The notes: generated from the sequence alone by a model not told the origin. DNA of 63,202 bases, filler included, from 7 parts of 7 records of this genome joined end to end with filler, not necessarily neighbours in it, one strand, 5' to 3'; counted from the first letter of the whole stretch, positions 1 through 10,713 are shown. Numbers and translations: made by a program.

Positions 1-1
1 G

Positions 2-677
2 GACGCCATAGACACCAGGATTGCTTATAATGAAAAAGACATCGTCCTCATTGATACAGCTGGATTACGAAGAAAAGCCAGGGTAAAAGAAAATATCGAA
101 TATTTTAGTAATATAAGAACGATGAATGCTCTCAGAAGGTGCGACGTTGCCATTATTTTTCTGGATGCTGTCGAGGGCATTACGGATCAGGACAAAAAAA
201 TCATCTCAAGTACTGTGAGTGAAGGAAAGGGCATTGTTCTTGGTGTGAACAAGTGGGACCTTATTGAAAAGGATACCATGACAGCGCGAAAATTTGAACT
301 GGATATTCAGGAAGCCATCGCGAATATGTCATATATTCCTATTATGTTTATATCTGCTTTAGTCAAGCAACGAATATTTCGTTTACTTGATCTTGCCATT
401 TCTGTTTATAAAGAACGTCAACGCATAATAAAAACGGCCGAGTTGAATCAATTACTCAGATTAGCTGTGTCCAGAAATCAACCCCCTTCATATGGCAGTA
501 AACATGTGAAAATTAATTACGTGACTCAGGCTCGTGCAGAACCTCCAACCTTTGTTTTTTACAAACGAGCCAAAAGGGATAAAAAAGAATTATAGAAATT
601 ATCTGGAAAATCAGATTCGTAAGCAATATGGTTTTTTGGGCGTGCCAATCAGAATGAGTTTTCGTCAAAAGAATTAG
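2..677 (+). CDS. der: Ribosome biogenesis GTPase Der/EngA, C-terminal part (5' truncated; frameshift at ~560)
   Basis: Frame from base 2 reads DAIDT...DTAGLRRK (G3) and NKWD (G4) of the second G domain. After the T-run at 551-560 the KH-like tail continues in another frame: TNEPKGIKKNYRNYLENQIRKQYGFLGVPIRMSFRQKN*, stop 675-677. Confidence 0.93.
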
Positions 678-718
678 GCTTACTCATATTCATTTGTTAT
701 CAGGAGAAAACCAGTCAG

Positions 719-2500
719 TTGATTTATTACAAACCTTTTGCTGTTTTAATATCAAAAGCCATTTATATATGTGTTATTGTGATTCTCTTGCTGGGAGGTA
801 AAGGAAACGGAAAGACACAAAAGACGCTTCAGCATGTTTTGCAGGAAGAATTGGGTCAGAATAAAATTACCGAGGCTGAGGCTATAACTTATAAGCTTAT
901 GGCGATTCAAAATTCTGATTTACTGCCAGACTTTTATAAAGAGCTTGAATCACCGTTAATGAGATCAGGAACAACGCTTAGATTTAAAGCAAAAGCAATG
1001 TTGCCCAAATTGGCCGGGCAGGATAAAAAGAATTTGATATCGTTACTTTTACGTCCCTCCAGAGAAAAACTGCCGGAAGAATTGATTAGCCCTAAAGGTT
1101 ATTTTAAAATTCATTATGCAACTGAAGGGAGGGATGCGGCTACAATGGACTACATCGAGGAAACAGCCAGAACCTTTGATGCTGTTTACGAATTTGAGGT
1201 AAATAACCTGGGGTTCGCACGTCCGCCTGATGATTACGATGTTGATGGTCCTGAATATGACGTTTATGTTCTTAATATTTATGAATATGGCTATACAACT
1301 GCTGACAGACCGGTTGTTGAAACATCTCATGATGATTACACAAGCTGGATTGAAATTGACAATGATTTTACCCACACTCCAACCACAGGTTTGGATGCAA
1401 TGAGGGTAACCGCTGCACATGAGTTTTTTCACATGATCCAAATTGGTTATCGATCCTATACAGAGACCATCCTGAACGCCATTTTTCTTTTCGAGTCCAC
1501 TGCCACATGGATGGAGGATGTTGTATTCGATAACGTTAATGATTATTACAATTATTTGACAAAATTATTTTTACCAAATAAAGATTCAAATATATCCTTT
1601 TCGACTGAAAATGGGGAGCATGAATATGGGCTGTCGCTGTATCACCATATGCTCGATAAAAAGTATGGACATCAGGTCATAAGGCGAATGTGGGAGATTT
1701 TTAAATTCAAAGAAGTTTATGAAGCTATGGATGCTGCTTTAATAGAGTATGACAGTAATTTTTCAACAGAATTGGTGGAATTCAATATATGGAATGTTTT
1801 TACGGGGGAAAGAGCGGATACCGTTCTATTTTATAACGAGGGCGTTCATTATCCCATGCTGGAACCGATAGAGATATTTACTTTTGAAGATTTAATATCG
1901 TTTGATGGGGAGATGGGAGAGCTTGCCAGCCATCCTTACAAACTAGTTCCTAAAATTTCCAGTGATTTTTCGATTCAACCAACCCTGGATGAACCTTTTG
2001 CCTGGTCTTATGGTATTGTTACCAGATCTGGGGCTGGGGATAATGATTATTTCGTTTGTAATGGTGACTATGCAAAGAATCTACCCCATATAAAGGCAAA
2101 CTCTGAAATATGGCTCCTTCCGACAAACACCACTATTCCGCAAACAAATAACAGCTTTAATAAATTAAACTTCAAGTTTGATATCAAAAAGGGCAAAACT
2201 GCTAATTTGGCTTCCAGTATTATGCTTGTTGCACCTAATCCTTTTGTACCCTTGCAGCATAATCAAATTCAAATTAAATTTAACAGTGACAAATCAGCTG
2301 CAAAAGCTGATTTAATTATTGTGACTGAGAGTGGCAAAGCCATCAGAAAAATATCACACGGATCCATAACTGATGGATTGAATATGATATCATGGGACGG
2401 GCGAGATGAAGATGGAGAAATCATGCCATCCGGAATCTATTTATTTTATATTGAATCAGATGAGATCATCGGTCCTGGCAAATTGGCACTCATTAACTAG
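719..2500 (+). CDS. Secreted zinc metallopeptidase (MXAN_6640-like) with C-terminal FlgD-Ig-like domain
   Basis: N-terminal hydrophobic segment; VTAAHEFFHMIQ (HExxH) followed by ESTATWMED; C-terminal PNPF...WDGRDEDGEIMPSGIY motif typical of FlgD-Ig/FCB secretion tails. Confidence 0.75.
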   Translation: MIYYKPFAVLISKAIYICVIVILLLGGKGNGKTQKTLQHVLQEELGQNKITEAEAITYKLMAIQNSDLLPDFYKELESPLMRSGTTLRFKAKAMLPKLAGQDKKNLISLLLRPSREKLPEELISPKGYFKIHYATEGRDAATMDYIEETARTFDAVYEFEVNNLGFARPPDDYDVDGPEYDVYVLNIYEYGYTTADRPVVETSHDDYTSWIEIDNDFTHTPTTGLDAMRVTAAHEFFHMIQIGYRSYTETILNAIFLFESTATWMEDVVFDNVNDYYNYLTKLFLPNKDSNISFSTENGEHEYGLSLYHHMLDKKYGHQVIRRMWEIFKFKEVYEAMDAALIEYDSNFSTELVEFNIWNVFTGERADTVLFYNEGVHYPMLEPIEIFTFEDLISFDGEMGELASHPYKLVPKISSDFSIQPTLDEPFAWSYGIVTRSGAGDNDYFVCNGDYAKNLPHIKANSEIWLLPTNTTIPQTNNSFNKLNFKFDIKKGKTANLASSIMLVAPNPFVPLQHNQIQIKFNSDKSAAKADLIIVTESGKAIRKISHGSITDGLNMISWDGRDEDGEIMPSGIYLFYIESDEIIGPGKLALIN

Positions 2501-2580
2501 GGACTGGATGATCTTTAAAGTGTGGCAAATATGTCACACAATGTTGAGCTAATTTTAAAAGTGTTAAATAATTGAACAAA

Positions 2581-2615
2581 AAGCGCTTGACAAAGCGCTT
2601 TTTTATTTTTATCTT
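2581..2615 (+). promoter_or_regulatory. Sigma70-type promoter whose -35 is overlapped and flanked by two AAGCGCTT palindromes
   Basis: TTGACA (2587-2592), 17-nt spacer, TATCTT (2610-2615); AAGCGCTT at 2581-2588 and 2593-2600. Confidence 0.55.
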
Positions 2616-2974
2616 GCATGTAATAAAAGGATAGTTTTAGTAAAAATTATTTAATTCTCATTTTAAAATTATATTATTTGTATCCATGAATTGAGAATCT
2701 GTATATTATTTTTTTATGGCTAATTAATCAGGAAAAGACGATTCATAATTGGTCTATTTCGAGACTGTGTTTTTAATGAATACAAAATTGAAATTGGATT
2801 GAATCCTTATCTGTTATATTACTGTTTTGTTTTAATTCGAATATACACGGATGCATATTAAAAGCAGTTTATTATTGATTTAAGGCTATTAATTATAAAA
2901 GTTTAGATTGTTGTTTTTTTTGTCTGGATTTAATATTATTGGATATATTAAATTTATACAAATTTTTAGGTAAT

Positions 2975-2990
2975 TTGGCATAGTGATTGC
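2975..2990 (+). promoter_or_regulatory. Sigma54 (-24/-12) promoter
   Basis: TTGGCATAGTGATTGC = GG-N10-GC, close to the TGGCAC-N5-TTGC consensus, about 50 nt upstream of the ATG at 3042. Confidence 0.7.
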
Positions 2991-3041
2991 CATTGTTGTG
3001 ATGACAAAAATAATAATGTTGTGAGAATTTGAGCGTTTATA

Positions 3042-3566
3042 ATGGAAGAATTTTATTATTTTACAACAATTGATGTTCTGATCAGGACAGAATATGCGGC
3101 AGATGCAAACTCATTACGCTATGTCACACATTGTTCGATTACTGCTGAAGAGAGACAAACAATTGAACGATATATCCTTACTAAAGTAGGACCTAAAACG
3201 AATTATTATAAACACTCTCCATCTGTACTCATATATAGAGGGATTGATACGAAACTCGAAAAAGAGTTGAAATTCTACCGACTACAGGAATCTATTAAAG
3301 ATTTGCTCAATCAAAAATCCTTTATAGACGAAAAAGTAGAAGAATGTATCAATGATTCCCTGAGTGCTTATTATTTCGAGCGAGTAGGAGACGAACTTTT
3401 AAGGCTTCGAAAGATGTTATCAACAAACACGTGTGATAATCATCATGTTGAAAAATGTATTAACCGTATTAGCATTTTATTGGAGGCTTATAATCAAAGA
3501 TCGGGGGAGAATTTTTCAATGGATGCTATTTTACCGGAAGAATATCTCGGAAGTTATCATTATTAG
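3042..3566 (+). CDS. Hypothetical cytoplasmic protein (174 aa)
   Basis: Open ORF with protein-like composition directly downstream of the sigma54 motif; no motif recognised. Confidence 0.65.
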   Translation: MEEFYYFTTIDVLIRTEYAADANSLRYVTHCSITAEERQTIERYILTKVGPKTNYYKHSPSVLIYRGIDTKLEKELKFYRLQESIKDLLNQKSFIDEKVEECINDSLSAYYFERVGDELLRLRKMLSTNTCDNHHVEKCINRISILLEAYNQRSGENFSMDAILPEEYLGSYHY

Positions 3567-3679
3567 GTTGAACTTTATTTACAATAGTGCTTTTTATATT
3601 ATAAACGTCAATAATCAACTGTTTTCAAAACTAATTAATAATAGTATAGATTAGCCTTTTAAAAGGGGAGAACTTTAGG

Positions 3680-5023
3680 ATGGGTGTAATTAAAACTACT
3701 ACAAGCATTTTTCTCATTTGTTTTCTTCTCGTGAGCTCTGTAGTTGCACAAGAGTCGGACAATTCTTCGAATTTTGCTATTGGAATGAATCTGGGTCTAC
3801 AGAAACCATTTTGTGATGTCTTACATACTGGTGCCGGCCTTGCAGGTGAATTTATGGTGAAATTTCTTCTGAACGATCGTTTTAATCTTTCAGGAGCTCT
3901 TGGGTATGGAATACTTAATGATGGGTTTAGTAATAATACCTTTGAGACTAATCTTATCACTGGTGATCTAAAAGCGAATATCAATCTACTCGCTCCCGGA
4001 AAATTTAATCCTTATGTATTTGCTGGAGTTGGTCTCTTTAGTTTCTCTTATGATCGTACTTCGCCCGGTGCGATTGGTAGTCCAGCGCTTGTAGGTGAGC
4101 GATACTTTGATGGATCCTTTCTTTTTGGCGGTGGCGCTGAATATATGGTCTCACCAAAGATAGCTATTAATGCCTTTGCTGATTATCGTCATACAACCGG
4201 AGATGACCTGGATGGAGCAGCTATTGGCAGCAGCAAAGATGGTTATTTAAATGCACGTTTGGGTTTTACGTATTACATGGGTGAACGTTCTCTCGATTCT
4301 ATGCCAGAAGATGAGGATTTATTGGCACTTGAAAGAATCGAATCAGAAGAATTGGATGAGACATTACTTTTTGGAGAGGATGAATTTTCTGCCGACGGTG
4401 ATGACAAACTTGCCATGTTTGAAGCGAAATTAGACAAACTTGATGCTTCTGAGACGGAAATGTCTATGGAACAATATGTGCGTCTTAAATCCAGAATTGA
4501 TGAATTATCTGGTTTAATTGAGAATAAAGAACAGGAACTTGAAGAACTGCGCACTTCATTGGATTTTAAAGATCAGCGTATCGTTAATCTTGAAAAAGAA
4601 TTACAGCATACTTCGGGTGGATATGTACCATCGACATCTGCACCTGTTTATGACAATTTTACTTCTGCTTATGAAAATGCATTAAGAAGTTATTATGCTA
4701 GAGATTATCAGACAGCTATAAATAATTTCACGAATTTGAAAAATTCATTCCCACATCACAAATTATCCAGTAACTGTCAATATTGGATTGGTGAATGTTA
4801 TTTTGGATTAGCGGATTATTTCAGAGCAGCAGAGGCTTTCCAGTCTGTGTTTGACTTTGGTTTGTCCTATAAAAAGGATGATGCCACGTTGATGTTAGGT
4901 CGCTGCTATTACAATTTGCAGGACTTGAGTCGCGCTAAAAGTTACTTCCAGGGGCTCATAAACGAATATCCGGATAGTGAATATATTGAAAAAGCACAAC
5001 AATGGCTATCCCGGATTAGCTAA
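3680..5023 (+). CDS. OmpA-type beta-barrel + acidic linker/coiled coil + CpoB(YbgF)-like TPR fusion protein
   Basis: Signal peptide; OmpA-like strands (FNPYVFAGVGLF, GGGAEY, LNARLGFTYY); heptad coiled coil; YbgF-type TPR (YQTAINNF...NCQYWIGECYF...KKDDATLMLG...LINEYPDS). Confidence 0.72.
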   Translation: MGVIKTTTSIFLICFLLVSSVVAQESDNSSNFAIGMNLGLQKPFCDVLHTGAGLAGEFMVKFLLNDRFNLSGALGYGILNDGFSNNTFETNLITGDLKANINLLAPGKFNPYVFAGVGLFSFSYDRTSPGAIGSPALVGERYFDGSFLFGGGAEYMVSPKIAINAFADYRHTTGDDLDGAAIGSSKDGYLNARLGFTYYMGERSLDSMPEDEDLLALERIESEELDETLLFGEDEFSADGDDKLAMFEAKLDKLDASETEMSMEQYVRLKSRIDELSGLIENKEQELEELRTSLDFKDQRIVNLEKELQHTSGGYVPSTSAPVYDNFTSAYENALRSYYARDYQTAINNFTNLKNSFPHHKLSSNCQYWIGECYFGLADYFRAAEAFQSVFDFGLSYKKDDATLMLGRCYYNLQDLSRAKSYFQGLINEYPDSEYIEKAQQWLSRIS

Positions 5024-5094
5024 TATTACAGGCAGGACCTTGTATTCAGGGTAACTTTGAAATAATGTAATAGCAAACTGTCAATATTATTTAT

Positions 5095-5140
5095 AACCAT
5101 AAAAAAAGGCTGTCTTATTAGACAGCCTTTTTTTATGGTT
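5095..5140. terminator. Bidirectional intrinsic terminator
   Basis: AACCATAAAAAAAGGCTGTCT-TATT-AGACAGCCTTTTTTTATGGTT hairpin with U-tracts on both strands, between convergent genes. Confidence 0.85.
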
Positions 5141-5224
5141 TTTAAATATTTTTGGTGTTGCAACACAGAAGCTGATTCAGTAGTAATCCACTTTTGAGAT
5201 GTATAACAAATCTTAACAAATTTA

Positions 5225-7342
5225 TCATTTTGTTTTAAAATCATAAACCCCATCCCAGTTAACTGGCGGGGAATTTTCTACAAAATCAAGGCATCTGACT
5301 GTATATACTTTGGATGGACCGTCAGTCGGATAATAGCGTAAAACTTTGCGAAATTTCACCAAAGCCTCAGACCATCTTCTTTCTCTATAAGCATTCAATC
5401 CTTCTGTATATACGTCAATCAGGTAATCCTGCTCATTTTGTTGTATACTGTCCATACCTAGTAGTTCAAATATTCGTATGGGATGTGATTTTCCGACAAC
5501 CCGGACGAAATCCAATTCTCGAACTTTGGCCCGTGCTTTTACAAGCTCATACGTGCTTTCACTTAATATGACAGTTGTCTGGTACTCTTTATTAGCACTT
5601 TCAAGTCGTGCACCAATATTAACATGATCCCCAATAACTGTATAGTCAAACAATTGACTGGAACCCAAATTACCTACAATCACTTTTCCAGTATTAATAC
5701 CAATGCCAACATTAAAAGAATCTTTACCGTTTTGTGATGCCCATTTTTCTTTTAATTCTTTGAGTTTGGCCTGCATTTGTAATGCCGTAATACATGCTCT
5801 TTCCGCATGATCTTCAAAAAAATAGGGCGCACCAAACAAGGCCATTATTTCATCACCCACAAATTTATCCAGCGTACCACTATGTTTGAAAATAACCTCA
5901 ACCATTTCTGTCAGATATTCGGAAAGTCGGGAGACCACTTCTTCAGGTTCATGCGATTCTGAAAAGGAAGTGAATTTGCGGATGTCCGAAAAAAGAATTG
6001 TTAACGTCCTTCGTTCGCCACCATAAGATGGAACTTCACCGGTGCTCAACATTTTTTCTACCACAGCCGGAGATACATATTGCTGGAATGTTTTACGAAT
6101 ACGATTTTTTTCTCTGCGCTCTATAAATGCCTGGTACACCAGTCCAATAATAAATGAAAACATGATTCCAAGGGTGGGTGTCGTTGTTGTACAAACTATA
6201 TTATAATGAGAAAATAATATATATATTAGTGCAAACACGGATACAATTTCTGTAGAAATAGTCAGGAGTGCAATCCAGGGCCGAAGTTTAAGAGTAAAAA
6301 GTATCGCAAGTACAACTAGTAAAAGTGTAAATAAAATATGCAGCCTTGAATCTAAATATTTTATAAAGTCACCTTTGATAATTGTGCTAAGAGCATTTGC
6401 ATGCATCTCTACACCAGGTATTTTTTGTTTTTGTCCGCCATAATTGAAAAAGGGGGTATATTTATTGTCCTGTAATTCATCCGCAGTAGCCCCTACAAAT
6501 ACAATCTTGTCTTTAAATGTACCCCATTCCAGATGTAAATCAAATATATCCGTGTCTTCATCGGCTTTTAGGCTAAAAGTCGAATCATCAAGAACACTTG
6601 CAAGAGAATATGTACGAAATGTTTGTGACGGACCCCGATAATTAATTAGCATAGAATTGGGTGTTACTTTGGGTATGATTTTATCCCCAACCTGGAATGT
6701 TGGAGAATAAGGATCCTGTTCCTGGGAAGGTTCGCTTTTTTCCAGCGTCTTTATGGCCTCAATCGCTAGAGGATAATAGTTTTTATTATTGACAGTTTGA
6801 AAGAGGAGATAACGGCGAAGAAAACCATCTTCATCTTCAAGTATATTAACCAATCCCCAATTGGCGAAACTTCTGAGCAAGGGGGCAATCGGTTTTACAA
6901 CATATGTATTTTGTGTACTGGAACTACCTACTTCATACACGATTTTACCTGCAAGTACGACGTTCCTGGCATCGGTTACAGCGCGGGCAAAAAATAAATC
7001 AAACTCTGGATCCTTGGTATTCTCTTCAATGAATTCAATATCAAATACAATTAATTTTGCTTCCGCTTTGACTAAATTATTGACTAATTTTGCATAAAAG
7101 CTGGTTGGATAAGGATATTTAATCGGCATACTTTCCATTGTCATATCATCAATAGCGACAATTACAATGGATGTGTCAGCAGGTGACAATGGACCGCGCA
7201 GATTAAACAAGCTATCGATAGATTTGTGCTGCAGGTTTTGCACAATTGGCAGAGAAGAAATAATAAAAGCTAATACGATGGAAACAAAAATAATCGAAAT
7301 CTTGATTGCGAGTTTGGAACTTTTGAAATTATTAAAGGTCAT
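5225..7342 (-). CDS. CHASE2-domain class III adenylate/guanylate cyclase
   Basis: CHASE2 motifs (IVIVAIDD, FDIEF, DEDGFLRR, KIVFVGATA, PGVEMHA), three TM helices, cyclase motifs LFSDIRKFT, DKFVGDEIMA, DYTVIGDHVNIGARLE (Lys/Asp pair suggests ATP specificity), C-terminal TPR-like tail. Confidence 0.92.
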   Translation of the reverse strand: MTFNNFKSSKLAIKISIIFVSIVLAFIISSLPIVQNLQHKSIDSLFNLRGPLSPADTSIVIVAIDDMTMESMPIKYPYPTSFYAKLVNNLVKAEAKLIVFDIEFIEENTKDPEFDLFFARAVTDARNVVLAGKIVYEVGSSSTQNTYVVKPIAPLLRSFANWGLVNILEDEDGFLRRYLLFQTVNNKNYYPLAIEAIKTLEKSEPSQEQDPYSPTFQVGDKIIPKVTPNSMLINYRGPSQTFRTYSLASVLDDSTFSLKADEDTDIFDLHLEWGTFKDKIVFVGATADELQDNKYTPFFNYGGQKQKIPGVEMHANALSTIIKGDFIKYLDSRLHILFTLLLVVLAILFTLKLRPWIALLTISTEIVSVFALIYILFSHYNIVCTTTTPTLGIMFSFIIGLVYQAFIERREKNRIRKTFQQYVSPAVVEKMLSTGEVPSYGGERRTLTILFSDIRKFTSFSESHEPEEVVSRLSEYLTEMVEVIFKHSGTLDKFVGDEIMALFGAPYFFEDHAERACITALQMQAKLKELKEKWASQNGKDSFNVGIGINTGKVIVGNLGSSQLFDYTVIGDHVNIGARLESANKEYQTTVILSESTYELVKARAKVRELDFVRVVGKSHPIRIFELLGMDSIQQNEQDYLIDVYTEGLNAYRERRWSEALVKFRKVLRYYPTDGPSKVYTVRCLDFVENSPPVNWDGVYDFKTK

Positions 7343-7380
7343 TTTTATTTTGGAATTGTGAGTGAGTTAGAGTGATTTTA

Positions 7381-9879
7381 TTATAAGTAATAGTCATATC
7401 GTAGCCGAAAAATTGTGTCTGTATAGGATATCTTGGTGCTCTTGTCATCAAGAGATAAAATATTCGCGTCCAGGGAGATTGTGTGCCGTGGCTGAATTTG
7501 AAATAAAGCTCCCAACCGGAAATGATTGCGTGTATAGTCGATAACCGTTCCAAAGCTCGATGTACCTGTGGCATTTGTAAATCTCATCTCACCAAATGTT
7601 GAAAATCGATTTTCCCAGAAAGAATAATTTGCACCAAATCCAAACATATCATACTTGAAATCAGATTGACCTCCTGAAATCATGTTTTTATTGTAAGCAT
7701 AACTAACGGTTGTTTGTAAAGGAATATTGTATTTTGTTTTAAGGGTAAATAAACGGATATCCGAAGAATTTTCATTTATCGTTCGATTATAATTATCCAT
7801 TCTGTCTGCTGTTATATAATTAAAACTCAGCGTATGCATTAACTGGAATAGCTGAATATCATAACCAACCTGGACAGAAATATCTCTGGTTAACTGATCC
7901 TCTCTGAGATCTCTTTCCAGTGTATCCAGAGTTGTGGAACTTGTGTAATAAATCTCCTGCTCAATATCTTCCTCATCATTGTCTCTGTAATGATTACGCA
8001 CACTTATATTGACATTTGGCAAACCATTTCCGGGATAATAGGAAATAGCATAGTTTAGTGTTTTTAGGGATAATTCAGGATCTGTGCTGCTCTTAGAAAA
8101 GTGATCTGTATAATCCTCATAACCAAGAGTTAAATATAATTTGTTTTGTAACAGTCGCATTCGGTCTGAAAAGTAAAATCCTTTTATATCTTTACGAATC
8201 CAGTAGTTAGCCAGAGAAAAATACTCTGAGCCAATAGACTTGTAACCGACTCGTAACATATTACGGAAATAATTCAGTTTGAGGCTTATATTGTGCGCAA
8301 CAGAGGTTAATTCAGTTGGATCTAAAGGGGTCGTGCTATCATTAATGATAAGCCATTTTTCAAAGTCACCAGGATTAAAGGGAATATCCACCTCTTCACC
8401 AACAACCTCTTCAATATCCTCCTTGTCTAAAGGACCGTGAGTAATATTATTTGTTAGAAAACTTATTGCACTTGTCGCTTTAATGACAAATCGTCCGCGG
8501 TCGAAAGATAATTTGAGATCCGGACCGAAAACCAGATTATCTTTAGGATTGGAGGAGAATTTTATAGAATTCTTATCATCTTTTGTTTTGACGAGACTAA
8601 AACCCAGTTGAAATTTTTTTCCACTGCCAAAACTTGGACGAATGCCAAAAATGTTTTGTTCATAGGTGCCATAGCGTGAGATAGATGTTTGTAACGAATC
8701 AGTTCCAAGATTTGTTTTAAGGGTATCTCCCATAAAGGTTACAGGCGAGGTTTTTACAGCGCCTTCTATACCACGATATGTTTGTCCAAAAACGACGTCC
8801 ACATTAAAAAAGCCCAAGTGAACATAACCAGATAAACCGCGTACACGTTTGCCCCACAAGATCAAATCATTAAAGTATGGATTTGTATCTCCAGCTTCGA
8901 TGCCGACATATTTTGTCTGGACCCCAAATTTGAAACGGTTCCGGGGTTGATAACTGTTATCCTCCAGAGAGGTGATAAACATGCGTCCATTATATCGAAT
9001 GCCACCGTATTCTCCGTTGAAATCGGCTCCGCCCATTGCAAATGATTCATTTTCTTCGCTGATTTGTTCTTGCCTGAGGTCAGAAAAAATATGGCCTCGA
9101 AATTGAGAGGGCCCGCGTTGCTTTTCTTTTTTACTCATCACTGTAAATGAAAATTCAACAGGAGGGAGGGGATTTCCTTCCATATCCTGAGCTGTTACTT
9201 TTAAGCGATGGCGCCCGGATCTGACCAAACGAGGCGATAGAGTGAGCAAATAGGATGAAATAGTCGCCTTTGAAGTAATATTTATTCCATCCAGGTAAAG
9301 TCTAACTGAGGAAGAATCCACCTGAATCTCCCGGCTGTTAAAAGAAACAGCGAAAACAACTTCGTCTTCCTTCAGGGCTTCATTGGGCTCTGGTGACAAG
9401 ACCATCAATGCGGCACTTTCATCCAAAAACGTTTCCGTCAGGATATCTTCAGTTTTATCCGTAACAGAGGTTTGTTCAGGTGGGGTGGCTAAGATGGTAA
9501 TGTCCTCGGGTTCATTGTATGGATTTATTGCCGGATAAGAAATAATGGTCTCATTGAGTAGAAAAGCAGATAAAAAATATTGTAAACGATCCCCATAAAC
9601 TTCAGAGGCGGGAATGGTACCGACCCACTGATCAACGTCCGGATTCATCTCTTCATAACGAAAAGATTCCTGTTCATTATGTCTATAATAAATGCGTATA
9701 TATCCCGCTCTTGTGAAAGCACCCTCTATTTTTACCGACATTGAAATTTCCTGACCCTCATAGGCTGTCGTAACAGGAAAATGGACGAGCCTTTCCTGCG
9801 CATATAAATCAGAGTGAAGGGATGCCAGAACGAGCAGGATAATAATCACGCTCACTGTGCTTAACGTTGTTTTTTTCAT
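7381..9879 (-). CDS. Putative outer-membrane beta-barrel protein with N-terminal Ig-like domains (832 aa)
   Basis: Signal peptide; beta-sandwich-like N-terminus (YIRIYYR...WVGTIPA...LQYFL; LYLDG...GRHRLKVTAQD); C-terminal ~570 aa of alternating amphipathic strands ending RLRYDYYL (beta-signal-like). Confidence 0.65.
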   Translation of the reverse strand: MKKTTLSTVSVIIILLVLASLHSDLYAQERLVHFPVTTAYEGQEISMSVKIEGAFTRAGYIRIYYRHNEQESFRYEEMNPDVDQWVGTIPASEVYGDRLQYFLSAFLLNETIISYPAINPYNEPEDITILATPPEQTSVTDKTEDILTETFLDESAALMVLSPEPNEALKEDEVVFAVSFNSREIQVDSSSVRLYLDGINITSKATISSYLLTLSPRLVRSGRHRLKVTAQDMEGNPLPPVEFSFTVMSKKEKQRGPSQFRGHIFSDLRQEQISEENESFAMGGADFNGEYGGIRYNGRMFITSLEDNSYQPRNRFKFGVQTKYVGIEAGDTNPYFNDLILWGKRVRGLSGYVHLGFFNVDVVFGQTYRGIEGAVKTSPVTFMGDTLKTNLGTDSLQTSISRYGTYEQNIFGIRPSFGSGKKFQLGFSLVKTKDDKNSIKFSSNPKDNLVFGPDLKLSFDRGRFVIKATSAISFLTNNITHGPLDKEDIEEVVGEEVDIPFNPGDFEKWLIINDSTTPLDPTELTSVAHNISLKLNYFRNMLRVGYKSIGSEYFSLANYWIRKDIKGFYFSDRMRLLQNKLYLTLGYEDYTDHFSKSSTDPELSLKTLNYAISYYPGNGLPNVNISVRNHYRDNDEEDIEQEIYYTSSTTLDTLERDLREDQLTRDISVQVGYDIQLFQLMHTLSFNYITADRMDNYNRTINENSSDIRLFTLKTKYNIPLQTTVSYAYNKNMISGGQSDFKYDMFGFGANYSFWENRFSTFGEMRFTNATGTSSFGTVIDYTRNHFRLGALFQIQPRHTISLDANILSLDDKSTKISYTDTIFRLRYDYYL

Positions 9880-9903
9880 ACTGCAAAAGTCTCCTAAAAG
9901 AGA

Positions 9904-10592
9904 TTATTGCTTTTCATAATCAATGTTTAGTCGTTTTTTTACACTGCCTGATTCGTCTTCAAATTCGATCTGAATATTTCCGGTCCCATCTCCTGAATCC
10001 GCCCAATCATCCAAGTTTTCTGTTTTTGTTAATGTGGGTTTGCCATCTTTAGGAAGAGTGCCTGTCTGTCCTTTACCGACAAGAACCTGACCATATTTAT
10101 TAAACAGGGCTACAATACCATCGACACCAATGATGGTTGTGTTTCCATTGGAGTCAACCAGAGAATAAAATTCTGTTCCCCTGACAGCTGCAACTCCTGA
10201 AGGTGTTTCCAGGCTGAAACCAGCTCCCTGTGGATTGATTTTAGCCCAGAACTGGCCAAAATTCATCCGCAATTTCTTGATAATCCCGGCCTTTTTCTTT
10301 CACCTCTAAAGGTCACCTCTGAATCGGACCGAATTTTCATCATACTGCGGTCGTCGGTAAAAATAACCGAAACAATGGATTCGTTTCCAGTCTTGACCTG
10401 ATCTCCGCTATTAAGATGCCGCCCTTTTTTTAATTTGTTCCAGTTTCTACGACCGGATTTATGCTGTGCGTCACCACTCACCTTTAATACGATAGCAATA
10501 TCCTTTGAAGAAGCTGATTGACTGTCAGAATGAAGACCAAGACAAATCAGGCAAATCAGGATAATATAGCTAGTATATTTTAAATGATCCAT
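9904..10592 (-). CDS. FecR-domain periplasmic protein (one gene split by a frameshift at ~10290-10300)
   Basis: ORF 10263-10592 has a signal peptide and LNSGDQVKTG...FTDDRSMMKI; ORF 9904-10272 continues LETPSGVAAVRGTEF. The frames join at the A-rich run, giving ...GIIKKLRMNFGQ. Confidence 0.82.
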
Positions 10593-10713
10593 AATTGGAT
10601 TCCTTATAAAATGTTCTTATTCGGATTAGTTCGGTAAAAAATGAAATAATAAAATTTATTTTGTTATATTCCTGATAGTACGTGACTGTATCAAAATAAT
10701 AACAAATAGATTG

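Noticed and set aside
551-563. Programmed frameshift or pseudogenisation of der
   Set aside because: der is normally essential, the downstream frame is fully conserved, and similar homopolymer indels occur elsewhere in the window.
2520-2539. CRP site linking this promoter to the nearby adenylate cyclase
   Set aside because: TGTGG-N8-TCACA does not match the TGTGA-N6-TCACA spacing; kept only as an unassigned palindrome.
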